NCBI GenBank assembly: GCA_021202395.1
Contig: JAJQDC010000044.1
Coordinates: 137 to 64,136 of the forward strand
Reading direction: 5' to 3'
DNA: 64,000 nt
Source of the DNA: Clostridia bacterium
GTDB taxonomy: Bacteria; Bacillota; Clostridia; Christensenellales; Borkfalkiaceae
Shown here in pieces: positions 18,974 through 28,796 of the stretch. Below the pieces are notes generated by a model, which worked only from the letters and a program-made list of their open reading frames with translations, had not been told where the DNA came from and searched no databases. The translations under genes were made by a program, and so were the position numbers. Each line of letters opens with the position of its first letter. Positions within the stretch are counted from its first letter, which is position 1.

Positions 18974-20053
18974 TTAATACAGCGATACATCGGTAGCCTT
19001 GCGGCTTACGGCATTTGAGCCTATAACCAGAATCATGCCGAGCAGGTTGGTAATCATTTCGCCCGCCATACCTATAGGCTGGTTGGTAGTCATGCCGTTT
19101 GCCCATACCGAAACGGTTGCGCCAATGTAGTAGTTGCCGTTCCTGTTGGTAACACCGGAACCCTGAACATACAGGTAAACCTTTTCGTAGCTAACAGAAA
19201 GCAGCGAGCCTATCTTCATTATAAGCATAATAACTACGGTAGACAATATGCTGGGTATAACAACATAGCGCATCTGCGCCATCTTGCCTGCGCCGTCTAT
19301 CTGCGCTGCTTCGTAAGAAGTAGGAGATACGGCAATTACCGCAGCAAAGAATACTATACTGTCGTAGCCTGCGTGCTCCCATAATTCAGAGATTATGAAT
19401 ATACCCCTGAAGTACCTGGTGCTGTAAACTATACCTGTCTGAGTTGCCTGCCCTATTACAGAGTCTGAACCGAAGATACCTACTATAGCTTTTGCAAGGA
19501 TACCGTTTGAGCCGGTGCCGCCGAAAAGCGATATAATAAGTGTGGTGATAACTACGACAGACATGAACTTAGGCAGATATACGCAAACCTGCATAATGCT
19601 GCGCGCGATGTTAGAGCGGACTTCGTTAAAGAACAACGCGAGAATAATGGGGAACGGGAAACCGAACAGTAAACCATAGAAGGCTATGATGAACGTGTTG
19701 CGGAAAGTACTCCAGAACGTGTTGTAGTATGTACCGTAGTAACCGCTGCCCGCTATAAGCGCGCCAAAGTTGTCGAAACCGGACCAGCTAAGGTCTTCAA
19801 GCATACCGCCGTTGGTTCCTACGTCTTTGAACACCGCAAGAAGCTCGGTTATGGGCAGGTATTTCCATAGGATGTATACCAGCAACATAGGTACGAGCAT
19901 CAGGTACAGGCGCCAGTCCTTAAGTACAGTCAAGCCGATGTCCTTCCACCGCTTTTTTTCGACTTCGTCCCTTACCTGCTGATCGGGTGCGATGGAATAT
20001 GTTCCAGTCGCCTCGTCATAAGTAAGGAAATCGTCGCACTTAAGTTTGAACAT
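18974..20053 (-). CDS. ABC sugar-importer permease (MalF/LplB-type)
   Basis: Multi-TM with EAA loop EAAQIDGAGKMAQMRYVVIPSI. I moved the start to ATG 20053 (MFKLK, GGAGGG RBS 5 nt upstream) instead of the GTG at 20071. Confidence 0.8.
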   Translation of the reverse strand: MFKLKCDDFLTYDEATGTYSIAPDQQVRDEVEKKRWKDIGLTVLKDWRLYLMLVPMLLVYILWKYLPITELLAVFKDVGTNGGMLEDLSWSGFDNFGALIAGSGYYGTYYNTFWSTFRNTFIIAFYGLLFGFPFPIILALFFNEVRSNIARSIMQVCVYLPKFMSVVVITTLIISLFGGTGSNGILAKAIVGIFGSDSVIGQATQTGIVYSTRYFRGIFIISELWEHAGYDSIVFFAAVIAVSPTSYEAAQIDGAGKMAQMRYVVIPSILSTVVIMLIMKIGSLLSVSYEKVYLYVQGSGVTNRNGNYYIGATVSVWANGMTTNQPIGMAGEMITNLLGMILVIGSNAVSRKATDVSLY

Positions 20054-20183
20054 AAGTTCCCTCCATATCACTTAAAAATATAAGTAATTATTTGTAAGAG
20101 CGGCTGTTCGGGCTTTCCTGCCCGCGTTACCGCGTTTTACCATAGTAAAAAATTTAATAAAAGCATAATGCGGGCAAACGAGC

Positions 20184-20882
20184 CTATTCAAACAGATCGT
20201 TACCCTTTTTATTTAAAGCTTCTATATCTTCAGGCGAAATTTCTATGGGGTCGTCCCCGTAGGTATCTATCCGCCATCTTTCTTCTTTTTCTTTCTGAAG
20301 GCGCAGAAGGTAATCTTTCTGCCGCTCCATCATACCGTCAGACCGCCGCATAATGAACATTATCACCAGAGCCATAGCCAGCGACAACAGATCCCAGATA
20401 AGAAATTCTGTTGTAAAGCCGAACCCTACGCAGGCGGCTACTGCCGTTCTGCCAAGGGCTACGCACAGCCAGCCTGCCAACGTAAATAAAAGCGTAAGCC
20501 ACCATCTTTTCTGGATGCGCTTGTAGCCGACAAAATGAACCATAAGGTAATCAAGCCCGATAAACGCATTGCCTATACCGTATATTAAAAGGTTATGCCA
20601 CACGTCTGTGCCCGTTACCCCGTCCATGTTCAGCAGGTAGAGCATGCAGTAGAACAGCCCGTCGAACACGGCATAAAACATACCGTACCAGCCCCACCTT
20701 AACATCATAAGCAGCGTTACAGGCACCACTATAGAAAATATAAAGTCGGCATAATCTGTGAACCAGGAAGCAAAGGCATAATAGCTGATAAGTTCAAATG
20801 CTACAAGAATTACTGCAAACAGAAACATATCTGTAAAACGGTATCTGCCGAAAGAAATAACTCTTGCGTTTAATTTACCCAT
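20184..20882 (-). CDS. Polytopic membrane protein (232 aa) with a charged cytoplasmic tail, uncharacterised
   Basis: About 5-6 hydrophobic helices, then ERQKDYLLRLQKEKEERWRIDTYGDDPIEISPEDIEALNKKGNDLFE. Transcribed divergently from the pectinesterase gene. Confidence 0.55.
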   Translation of the reverse strand: MGKLNARVISFGRYRFTDMFLFAVILVAFELISYYAFASWFTDYADFIFSIVVPVTLLMMLRWGWYGMFYAVFDGLFYCMLYLLNMDGVTGTDVWHNLLIYGIGNAFIGLDYLMVHFVGYKRIQKRWWLTLLFTLAGWLCVALGRTAVAACVGFGFTTEFLIWDLLSLAMALVIMFIMRRSDGMMERQKDYLLRLQKEKEERWRIDTYGDDPIEISPEDIEALNKKGNDLFE

Positions 20883-21007
20883 ACTTTATCGTAAGCAACA
20901 AAATAACATTGAAAATTTTGTAATTTACCGATGCCATTGTGTTACATTTTCACATTTAGCTTTCTTATTATAGCATACACTTTTTTAAAAATCAATACCT
21001 TTTTTAA

Positions 21008-21036
21008 TTGTTTCACAAAAAAATTTATGATAAAAT
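21008..21036 (+). promoter_or_regulatory. Candidate sigma-A promoter of the pectinesterase gene
   Basis: TTGTTT (21008-21013), a 17-nt spacer, then TAAAAT (21031-21036), 28 nt upstream of ATG 21065. An identical copy is at 41190..41218. Confidence 0.4.
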
Positions 21037-21064
21037 TAAAATACATTTAAATGAGGTACCCGTT

Positions 21065-22042
21065 ATGACAAAAATTTATGTAACTCCCGACGATGACCTG
21101 CAAAAGATATTGGACGGCATCACCGCCCCCTCCACAATATATCTGGCAAAGGGAGTTTATAATCAAAAAATAAAAATAAGTTGTTCCAACGTAAAAATTG
21201 TGGGTGAAGAACGTGAAACAACGGTGATATCGTACGGCGACTACGCCCGCAAGATACACGCCGACGGAAAAGAATATAACACTTTCCGCACCTACACGGT
21301 ATGCGTTACGGGCGAAAATGTAAAGCTTGAAAACTTTACCATAGAAAATTACAATACCAGCCCTTCGCAGGTGGGGCAGTGCGTAGCCCTTTCGGTAAAC
21401 GCAAAGCGCTTTCTTGCGTACAAAATGACGCTTAAATCTATGCAGGACACGCTTTTTGTGGCACCATTCCCCGACGACCTGGTGGTGCGCTACCGCGGTT
21501 TTATACCCGAAGACGAATTGTATATGGAAGGCGGCAGCCTGCACCTTTTTAAAAACTGCAGGATATGCGGCACGGTAGACTTTATTTTCGGCTGCGCAGA
21601 AGCGTACTTTACGGGCTGCGAAATCGTATCTTTAGACGACGTAAGGGATATAAGCTATATAGCCGCACCCGCGCACAGTTTAAAGCAGAAATACGGCTTT
21701 ACCTTTGCAAACTGCAACATAACAAGCGGCGGTGCGGTAGACGGCGGCACGTTCCTTGCGCGCCCGTGGAGAGACTTCGGCAAGTGCTGCTTTGTAAACT
21801 GCAAAGCCGGCACCCACCTTCACCCCGAAATGTTTGACAAGTGGAACGACACCGAGCGCAACAAAACGGCACGGTTCTATTACGGCGGGCTGAAGACGGC
21901 AGAGCCTGTAGCTCCCGTAGAATGGAGCCACGAGCTTTCTGCGGCAGAGATAAAAAAGCTGCTTGCAAGGTGTTCCGAAGTGGAAAAATCTTACGGCTTT
22001 GACGTGATACCCCGCGCCTTGCTGCGCACCGTAAAAAAATAA
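21065..22042 (+). CDS. Pectinesterase / pectin methylesterase (CE8)
   Basis: CE8 signatures SMQDTLFV (QDT), VDFIFGCAEA (DFIFG) and LARPWR. No signal peptide. I moved the start to ATG 21065 (gaggt RBS); the TTG at 21008 overlaps the promoter. Confidence 0.8.
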   Translation: MTKIYVTPDDDLQKILDGITAPSTIYLAKGVYNQKIKISCSNVKIVGEERETTVISYGDYARKIHADGKEYNTFRTYTVCVTGENVKLENFTIENYNTSPSQVGQCVALSVNAKRFLAYKMTLKSMQDTLFVAPFPDDLVVRYRGFIPEDELYMEGGSLHLFKNCRICGTVDFIFGCAEAYFTGCEIVSLDDVRDISYIAAPAHSLKQKYGFTFANCNITSGGAVDGGTFLARPWRDFGKCCFVNCKAGTHLHPEMFDKWNDTERNKTARFYYGGLKTAEPVAPVEWSHELSAAEIKKLLARCSEVEKSYGFDVIPRALLRTVKK

Positions 22043-22091
22043 AAGAGCAATAAATCGGGCATATGTGGGCATCAATCAAATAAAATACGGT

Positions 22092-22122
22092 AAACGGGTA
22101 CGTTATTTCGTGCCCGTTTTTT
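22092..22122 (+). terminator. Terminator of the pectinesterase gene
   Basis: Stem aaacggg pairs with cccgttt, followed by tttttatg. An identical copy is at 42274..42304. Confidence 0.5.
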
Positions 22123-22156
22123 ATGATTGGGCGGCATATATGCCCCGATTAATGCA

Positions 22157-22188
22157 AAAACGCCGCACGGCATGCCGTGCGGCGTTTT
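22157..22188 (-). terminator. Terminator of the uxaBAC unit (palindromic, usable in both directions)
   Basis: Perfect palindrome aaaacgccgcacggcatgccgtgcggcgtttt. On the minus strand it is followed by tttttgc. An identical copy is at 42339..42370. Confidence 0.65.
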
Positions 22189-22201
22189 ACGTTTAATTTA
22201 A

Positions 22202-23614
22202 TTAAAAGCCGAAGTATTCCTGGGCGTTGTTGTAGCAAACGTTTTCTACAATCTTGCCAAGAACGTCAAGCTGGCTTTCGGGGTACTGTCCGCTTTCTAC
22301 CAGGTTGCCGAGCATGTTGCAGAGTATTCTTCTGTAATACTCGTGGCGGGGATATGCAAGGAACGAGCGGCTGTCGGTAAGCATACCTACGGACTGAGCC
22401 ACAAGGCCTACCTGCATAAGCGTTTCAAGGTTCTGCTTCATGCCGTCCTGCTGGTCAAGGAACCACCAAGCCGTGCCTACCTGCACCCTGCCCTTTACGC
22501 CTTCTTTCTGGAAGCAGCCCGAAAGAACGGTAAGCGCATAGTTGTCGCGGGGGTTAAGACAATAGAGTATTGTCTTGGGCAGTGCGTCTGCCATGTCAAG
22601 CGCACCCAGAAGCGCCGAAAGTTTAGACATGTAAACCTGGTCTTCTATGGCGTCGAAACCGGTGTCGGGACCGATCTTTTCAAGCATGGTCTTGGAGTTG
22701 TTGCGCAGCGCGCCGATGTGGTACTGCTGTACCCATCCGTACTTTGCATACTCTTTGCCAAGGAACAAAAGAACGTAACCCTTGTACTTATCCTGCTCTT
22801 CGTCGCTTACGTGTTCGCCCTTCATGCCTTTAAGGAATATGGCGTTGGCTTCTTCGTACGTAGCGGGAGCATAGTGTACCACGTCAAGGGCGTGGTCAGA
22901 AACTTTTGAGCCCATTTTGTCGAAGAATGCAATCCTTTCTGCAAGAGCATTGCAAAGGTCTTCAAGCGAATTGATGGGTTTGCCCACCACGCCTGCCAGC
23001 TGGTTTACCCAGCTTGCAAACCACGAAAGCTCTACGTTTATAGCTTTGTCGGGGCGGAACGCGGGGCGTACCTTGACTTTTAAGGTGGGGTCCGCATTCA
23101 TTTTGGCGTGCCATTCAAGCGAGTCAACGGGGTCGTCGGTAGTGCATACCGTTTTAACGTTGAACTTGTACATCATTTCGCGCGCGGTCAAAGTTTTTAA
23201 CTTTTCGTTGGCTTTATCCCAGATCTTTTTAGCGTTTTCGGGGCATATTATGTCGTCTATATCAAAGTAACGCTGCATTTCAAGGTGAGACCAGTGATAG
23301 AGCGGGTTGCCTACGAAGTAGGGCATGGACTCTACAAACTGAAGATATTTTTTGTAATCGTCGTCGGGGCCGGATATTGAATCTTCTTCATATCCCCTTG
23401 CGCGCAGCGAACGCCACTTGTAGTGGTCGCCGTACCTGTCGCCTGCACCCAGCCATACTTCGGCAAGGTTTCTGAACTGCTTGTCCTCGTAAATTTCCTT
23501 GGGCTGAAGGTGGCAGTGATAGTCTATTATAGGCATCTTTTCTGCATGTTCATGATAGAGCTTTTTAGCCGTCTCTGTTTCAAGCAGAAAGTCTTTATCC
23601 ATAAATTTTTTCAT
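22202..23614 (-). CDS. uxaC: Glucuronate/galacturonate isomerase
   Basis: 470 aa. The N-terminal MPIIDYHCHL metal-binding motif and the length match UxaC. Its start overlaps the uxaA stop (TAATG). Confidence 0.9.
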   Translation of the reverse strand: MKKFMDKDFLLETETAKKLYHEHAEKMPIIDYHCHLQPKEIYEDKQFRNLAEVWLGAGDRYGDHYKWRSLRARGYEEDSISGPDDDYKKYLQFVESMPYFVGNPLYHWSHLEMQRYFDIDDIICPENAKKIWDKANEKLKTLTAREMMYKFNVKTVCTTDDPVDSLEWHAKMNADPTLKVKVRPAFRPDKAINVELSWFASWVNQLAGVVGKPINSLEDLCNALAERIAFFDKMGSKVSDHALDVVHYAPATYEEANAIFLKGMKGEHVSDEEQDKYKGYVLLFLGKEYAKYGWVQQYHIGALRNNSKTMLEKIGPDTGFDAIEDQVYMSKLSALLGALDMADALPKTILYCLNPRDNYALTVLSGCFQKEGVKGRVQVGTAWWFLDQQDGMKQNLETLMQVGLVAQSVGMLTDSRSFLAYPRHEYYRRILCNMLGNLVESGQYPESQLDVLGKIVENVCYNNAQEYFGF

Positions 23615-25086
23615 TATAAGGTTACTCCTGTTTTGAATATAGCTAATTCACGTGTATTGTTAATTTCGTTCTTGGTAGGCTGCCCGTTTACCGTTGCAAC
23701 CACAAGGTCTATTAATCTTTCAAGCTGGGTATCAAAGTCGGTATCAAGTATGGCACCTGCATTGAAGTCTATCCAGTTGCTCTTTTTTGCCGCAAGCTCT
23801 TTGTTTGTAGCAATCTTTATGGTGGGAACGAACCCGCCGAAAGGCGTACCCCTGCCCGTGGTGAACAGCACAAGGTGGCAGCCTGCAGCACCAAGATTGG
23901 TTACGGCGCACATATCGTTGCCCGGCCCGTTTAACAGGTTGAGCCCTTTGGCGGTAACATATCCGTCATCGAACACTACGTCCTGCACTGCGGAAGAACC
24001 TGATTTTTGCGTGCAGCCCAAAGACTTGTCTTCCAGCGTGGTTATGCCGCCCGCCTTGTTGCCGGGGGAAGGATTTTCGTAAACCACCTGCCCGTTGCGC
24101 CTGAAATAGTCTTTAAAGTCGTTTATAAGTTTAACGGTCTTGTTAAAGGTCTCTTCGTCTTTGGCCCTGTTCATCAAAAGCTGTTCTGCGCCGAACATTT
24201 CGGGTACTTCGGTGAGCACCGTAGTGCCGCCGCATGCCACTATATAGTCGCTGAAAAGCCCTACCAGGGGGTTAGCCGTAATGCCCGAAAGCCCGTCGGA
24301 ACCGCCGCATTTAAGCCCGACTTTAAGGCAGGACATATCCTTTTGCACCCGCTTGTCGTTCTTTATCACGTCGGCAATCTCTTTAACGAGCTTTACGCCC
24401 GTAGCGATTTCGTCGTCTTCTTCCTGGCATATCATAAATTTAACGCGGCTTTCGTCTACCTTGCCAAGCGTTTCGCGGAAGGCGGACATCTGGTTATTTT
24501 CGCATCCGAGACCTATTACCAGCACGCCGCCCGCATTGGGATGGCGCACCATCTTCTGCAATATAAGCTTAGTGCGCTCGTGGTCGTCGCCCAGCTGTGA
24601 GCAGCCGTAGGGATGTGTGTATACGTAAACGCCGTCAAACCCTTCTGTGCCGTACTGCGCCTTATATGTGTCTGCTATAACCTTAGCCTGGCCGTTTACG
24701 CAGCCTACGGTGGGTATTATCCACAATTCATTGCGGATACCTACGTTACCGTTTGCCCTTTCGTATACGTTTACTTTGCGGGGAGTTACCTTTTTTACGG
24801 GGCACTCTACCTTGTTATAGGTATATTCAAGATTTTCAGAAAGATTGGTATGCACGTTATGGGTGTGCACATGCGTTCCTTTGGGGATATCTGCCGTTGC
24901 ACACGCAATACTGTTGCCGTATTTTATAATGTTTTCGCCTTTGGCAATGTCGCGCAGGGCAAACTTGTGCCCCTTTGTAATATCCTGTGCAAGGGTAACC
25001 CCTTCGTGCGTTTCGCCGCACTTAAGGTCGCGCAGGGCAACGGCAACATTGTCAAGCGGATTTATTATTATCGTTGACTTAGCCAT
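23614..25086 (-). CDS. uxaA: Altronate dehydratase
   Basis: 490 aa. N-terminal SAF domain (IINPLDNVAVALRDL) followed by a UxaA/GarD-type C-terminal domain. An 8-nt overlap with uxaB (ATGGCTAA). Confidence 0.85.
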   Translation of the reverse strand: MAKSTIIINPLDNVAVALRDLKCGETHEGVTLAQDITKGHKFALRDIAKGENIIKYGNSIACATADIPKGTHVHTHNVHTNLSENLEYTYNKVECPVKKVTPRKVNVYERANGNVGIRNELWIIPTVGCVNGQAKVIADTYKAQYGTEGFDGVYVYTHPYGCSQLGDDHERTKLILQKMVRHPNAGGVLVIGLGCENNQMSAFRETLGKVDESRVKFMICQEEDDEIATGVKLVKEIADVIKNDKRVQKDMSCLKVGLKCGGSDGLSGITANPLVGLFSDYIVACGGTTVLTEVPEMFGAEQLLMNRAKDEETFNKTVKLINDFKDYFRRNGQVVYENPSPGNKAGGITTLEDKSLGCTQKSGSSAVQDVVFDDGYVTAKGLNLLNGPGNDMCAVTNLGAAGCHLVLFTTGRGTPFGGFVPTIKIATNKELAAKKSNWIDFNAGAILDTDFDTQLERLIDLVVATVNGQPTKNEINNTRELAIFKTGVTL

Positions 25087-26527
25087 TTACAAACCCTTCC
25101 ACTGCTTTATTCATACCGTTCTTGTCTATGTCTTCAAGATAAGCGGCTACCTTTGCGGTAATTTCGGGATGTATGGTATTCATATCCATATCCCACGCTT
25201 CTTCCCACGCAAGAACTTTTTTAGCCATTGCGGCATAGTCGCCGTTGAAGTCTGCCCACAGTCTGTGCCAGAATGCAAGGTAAGCAGGGTCGTCTTTAAG
25301 AGCTATTTCTTCGTTGCCTCTCTTGCCTTTGTGGAATTCTATCATTGCCGCCAAAGAGAACAGAACGTGTTCGGGAAGGGTGCCCTTTATGCGTACATAG
25401 TCTAAAAGGGTGGGCAGTATCCTTGTTTTAAACTTGGTTGTAGAGTTCAAAGCTATAGACATAAGCTCATGCCTGATGTAGGGGTTCTGGTACCTTTCAA
25501 GCACGCTGTTGGCAAAGTCTACCATTTCATTCTGGGGCAGGTCTATTGTGGGGTTAACTTCGTTGAATACAAAGTCGCGCACATACTTGCCGATTATGGG
25601 ATCGTTTACAGCTTCGCCTACCGTGTCTATACCGCAAAGGTAAGCAACGGGAACCATAGCCGTGTGAGAACCGTTGAGTATCTTTACTTTACGCTGTTTG
25701 TAAGGTTTGATGCTGTCGGCAAAAATTACGTTCAGCCCCGTTGAATCTGCGGGTAAAACCTTCTGTATATAGGGTTCCTTTTTAAGCACCCAAAGGTGGA
25801 AAATTTCGCCCTTTACAACGTTGTTGTCTATATAGCCCGTCTCTTCCCTTATGGCGTCTATTTCTGCCTTGGGGTAACCGGGAACTATCCTGTCTACAAG
25901 CGTGCTGGTAAAGTGGTTTGCCGTCTGCATCCATTTAATGAACTTTTCGTCCATGTTGTTTATTTTTGCAAGCTCGGTAAGCACTTTGTACAGCTCGTCG
26001 CCGTTGTTATCTATAAGTTCGCAGGGAACTATGGCAAGACCTTTGTCCATAGCGCCGCCGAATGCGTCGTACCTTCTTTTTAACAGGGCAAGGAGCTTGC
26101 CGGGGAAGGACTTGGGCGTAACCGTAAGGTCGGTGTCGGTGGGATCAAGCGCAATGCCTGCTTCGGTTGTGTTAGAAATTATTATCTGTAAATCTTCGCT
26201 TTCGCCGTATTTAAGATATTTTTCGTAATCGGTAAAGGGGTTAACGCAGTCGCCTATTACGTCTATAATGCGGCTTGACTTAACCTTTTTGCCCTTATCT
26301 ATGCCTTCAAGGCGCACGGTGTAAAGCCCGTCCTGCACTTCAAGTTCCTTTACCCTGCCCAAAGGCATGGGCTGTACAACTACTACTCCCGCGTCTATCG
26401 CGCCCTTATCGTTAAGATCCTGAAGTATCCATTCTATAAATGCACGCAGGAAGTTACCTTCGCCGAACTGCATTATCTTTATCTTTCTTTCAGGCTTATT
26501 GTAAATTTTTTTGCTAAGCTGTTCCAT
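25079..26527 (-). CDS. uxaB: Tagaturonate reductase (altronate oxidoreductase)
   Basis: 482 aa, long-chain mannitol-dehydrogenase family. N-terminal nucleotide-binding block KIMQFGEGNFLRAFIEW. Gene order is uxaB-uxaA-uxaC. Confidence 0.8.
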   Translation of the reverse strand: MEQLSKKIYNKPERKIKIMQFGEGNFLRAFIEWILQDLNDKGAIDAGVVVVQPMPLGRVKELEVQDGLYTVRLEGIDKGKKVKSSRIIDVIGDCVNPFTDYEKYLKYGESEDLQIIISNTTEAGIALDPTDTDLTVTPKSFPGKLLALLKRRYDAFGGAMDKGLAIVPCELIDNNGDELYKVLTELAKINNMDEKFIKWMQTANHFTSTLVDRIVPGYPKAEIDAIREETGYIDNNVVKGEIFHLWVLKKEPYIQKVLPADSTGLNVIFADSIKPYKQRKVKILNGSHTAMVPVAYLCGIDTVGEAVNDPIIGKYVRDFVFNEVNPTIDLPQNEMVDFANSVLERYQNPYIRHELMSIALNSTTKFKTRILPTLLDYVRIKGTLPEHVLFSLAAMIEFHKGKRGNEEIALKDDPAYLAFWHRLWADFNGDYAAMAKKVLAWEEAWDMDMNTIHPEITAKVAAYLEDIDKNGMNKAVEGFVNG

Positions 26528-26659
26528 ATATTAAAACTACCTCACGTTTATATTTATTTTGTTAAATTAAAAATTTTGCATAACAAACAGAGCTATGCGT
26601 AGTTACACATACCTTGCCTTATTGCATAAGGCGGTAATTTTTCAGTTTTAAGCAATGCG

Positions 26660-26683
26660 GGCGCAGCGCAACCGCGCTGCGCC
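26660..26683 (-). terminator. Hairpin after ATPase paralog B (candidate terminator upstream of uxaB)
   Basis: 10-bp GC stem ggcgcagcgc pairs with gcgctgcgcc, loop aacc. The U-tract is weak. An identical copy is at 46842..46865. Confidence 0.45.
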
Positions 26684-26695
26684 TTGCAGTGTATA

Positions 26696-27814
26696 TCAGT
26701 GTCTTTTTATATCGGTTTCTACGGCAAGCTCTGTCTCTTTGTCGTACAGGTATGCGCTCTTGTAAGGAATGTTGAACACACACTCGGTATCCCTTTCGGG
26801 GGTATCGTGAGGGTTAATTTTAAGTATAACGTTAACGCCGTCTACCGTTGCATATACGTTGGTGTTGTCGCCAAGGAGCTCGGTAAGTTCTACCTGAGAG
26901 CTGAACGTATAGCCGTCTTTAGGCGCTTTTTCGCCTTCTTTTACAAGGTTAACTGCTTCAGGCCTGAATGCAAATACAACTTCTTTGCCTTCAAGCGCTT
27001 CCACATCGTTAGCTATGGGCGAAATGTCAAGCGTGGTTTCTGATTCGCCGTCAAGCTTGAGCATGCCGCCTTCTACCTTGCCGTGAAGGAAGTTCATGGG
27101 AGGTTCGCCTATGAAGCCTGCAACGAACAGGTTGCGGGGATAGAAGTAAAGTTCAAAAGGTGTACCTACCTGCTGGACAACGCCCAGTTTCATAACTACT
27201 ATCCTGTCTGACATCGTCATAGCTTCGGTCTGGTCGTGGGTAACGTAAATGGTTGTTGCGCCTACGCCGCGGTGAATCTGCTTGATTTCGGAACGCATCG
27301 TAACCCTTTGCTTTGCGTCAAGGTTAGACAAAGGTTCGTCCATAAGGAAGATGTTAACCTTTCTTATAAGAACACGGCCTACGGCTACCCTTTGGCACTG
27401 GCCGCCGGAAAGCTGGCGGGGGAATCTTTCAAGGTAGTCTGTAAGCCCGAGTATTTTAGCAGTAGCCTGTACCTTTTCTTCGATTATGTCCGCATCGATG
27501 CCTTCGAGCATAAGGCCGAAAGCAAGATTTTCGTAAACGGTAAGGTGAGGGTAAAGAGCGTACGACTGGAATACCATCGCAATGCCCCTGTCCCTTGAAG
27601 ACATCTGGTTTGCAAGCACGCCGTCGATATAGAATTCGCCGGAAGTGATTTCTTCAAGGCCGGCTATCATACGAAGAGTCGTAGATTTGCCGCAGCCGGA
27701 AGAGCCTACAAGGCAGATGAATTCGCCGTCCATTATTTCAAGATTGAAGTCGTGTACGGCATGGAATCCGTTAGGATACACTTTGTTAACGTCTTTTAAT
27801 ATAAGATGTGCCAT
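26696..27814 (-). CDS. ABC sugar-importer ATP-binding protein (MsmX/MalK-like), paralog B
   Basis: 372 aa. Walker A GSSGCGKST, signature LSGGQCQRVAVGRV, Walker B IFLMDEPLSNLD, H-loop YVTHD. Confidence 0.85.
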   Translation of the reverse strand: MAHLILKDVNKVYPNGFHAVHDFNLEIMDGEFICLVGSSGCGKSTTLRMIAGLEEITSGEFYIDGVLANQMSSRDRGIAMVFQSYALYPHLTVYENLAFGLMLEGIDADIIEEKVQATAKILGLTDYLERFPRQLSGGQCQRVAVGRVLIRKVNIFLMDEPLSNLDAKQRVTMRSEIKQIHRGVGATTIYVTHDQTEAMTMSDRIVVMKLGVVQQVGTPFELYFYPRNLFVAGFIGEPPMNFLHGKVEGGMLKLDGESETTLDISPIANDVEALEGKEVVFAFRPEAVNLVKEGEKAPKDGYTFSSQVELTELLGDNTNVYATVDGVNVILKINPHDTPERDTECVFNIPYKSAYLYDKETELAVETDIKRH

Positions 27815-27881
27815 TTTTATTTTCCCCTAAATTTAATTATCTTTATTTTTATATATAAGCCGCTTTATGCGGACATATTTT

Positions 27882-28751
27882 TTACCTTAAGTCTTGCGTA
27901 CGTATGTTATCCATATCGTCGTACGCCTGGTTTTCGCCGCACATGCCCCAGATAAACGTGTAGTTCATGGTACCTACGCCGGTGTGGATAGACCAGCTGG
28001 GCGATATTACAGCCTGTTCGTTATGAAGGATGATGTGCCTTGTTTCCTGGGGGGTACCCATAAGGTGTATTACAGCCTGGTCTTCGGGTACTTCAAAGTA
28101 CATGTATACTTCCATCCTTCTTTCGTGCGTGTGGCTGGGAAGGGTATTCCAAGAGCTGCCGGGGGCAAGTTCCGTCATGCCCATCGCAAGCTGGCAGCTT
28201 TCGCAAACGTCGCCGATGATAAACTGGTTGATGGTGCGTTTGTTGATGCCTTCCATAGTGCCAAGGTGCCTTTGTACGCAGTAGCGTGTGCCTTCTTCGG
28301 GCTGTTTGCCTTCTACGGGTTTGGTGATTTTAACCGTAGGGTAAGACTTGTGGGCAGGGCTGGAATTTATATAGAACTTAGCGGGGTTCTTAGCGTCGTC
28401 AGAAGCAAAAACAATTTCTTTTGTTCCCATACCGATGTATATACCCTCTTTAAACCCTATGTGGTAAACCTTGCCGTCAAGAGTAATGGTGCCTGCCCCG
28501 CCGATGTTTATAACGCCCATTTCTCTTCTTTCAAGAAAGTAGTCGGTTGCAAGCTCTTTAAACGTGCCAAGCGAAAGCGTGCCTTTAACGGGCATTGCGC
28601 CGCCCGCAATAATTCTGTCCTGGTGGGAATATGTTAGAAGTATGTCGTCTGCTTCAAACAGTTTTTCTACCAGATATTTTTCTCTTAATTCCGCAGTGTC
28701 GTAGTGCTTGGAATCGTCGGGATGGTTTGCGTATCTAACGTCAAATTTCAT
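27882..28751 (-). CDS. kduI: 5-dehydro-4-deoxy-D-glucuronate isomerase
   Basis: 289 aa. The N-terminus [10 protein letters not shown]...[11 protein letters not shown]...[16 protein letters not shown] parallels enterobacterial KduI. A cupin core is present. Confidence 0.85.
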   Translation of the reverse strand: MKFDVRYANHPDDSKHYDTAELREKYLVEKLFEADDILLTYSHQDRIIAGGAMPVKGTLSLGTFKELATDYFLERREMGVINIGGAGTITLDGKVYHIGFKEGIYIGMGTKEIVFASDDAKNPAKFYINSSPAHKSYPTVKITKPVEGKQPEEGTRYCVQRHLGTMEGINKRTINQFIIGDVCESCQLAMGMTELAPGSSWNTLPSHTHERRMEVYMYFEVPEDQAVIHLMGTPQETRHIILHNEQAVISPSWSIHTGVGTMNYTFIWGMCGENQAYDDMDNIRTQDLR

Positions 28752-28796
28752 AAAAAAAGCTCCTTTATCATTACACGTGCAAATTCTTTTTTGAAT

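Noticed and set aside
21008-21064. N-terminal extension of the pectinesterase ORF from a TTG at 21008
   Set aside because: The extension (MFHKKIYDKIKIHLNEVPV) overlaps an AT-rich promoter-like sequence. A gaggt RBS precedes ATG 21065.
27894-28637. 247-aa plus-strand ORF (and its copy 48076..48819); similar long antisense ORFs occur at 22343..22909, 23423..24082, 24007..24600 and 24845..25405
   Set aside because: All are mirror-frame ORFs opposite kduI, uxaC, uxaA and uxaB. None has an RBS or a recognisable motif.
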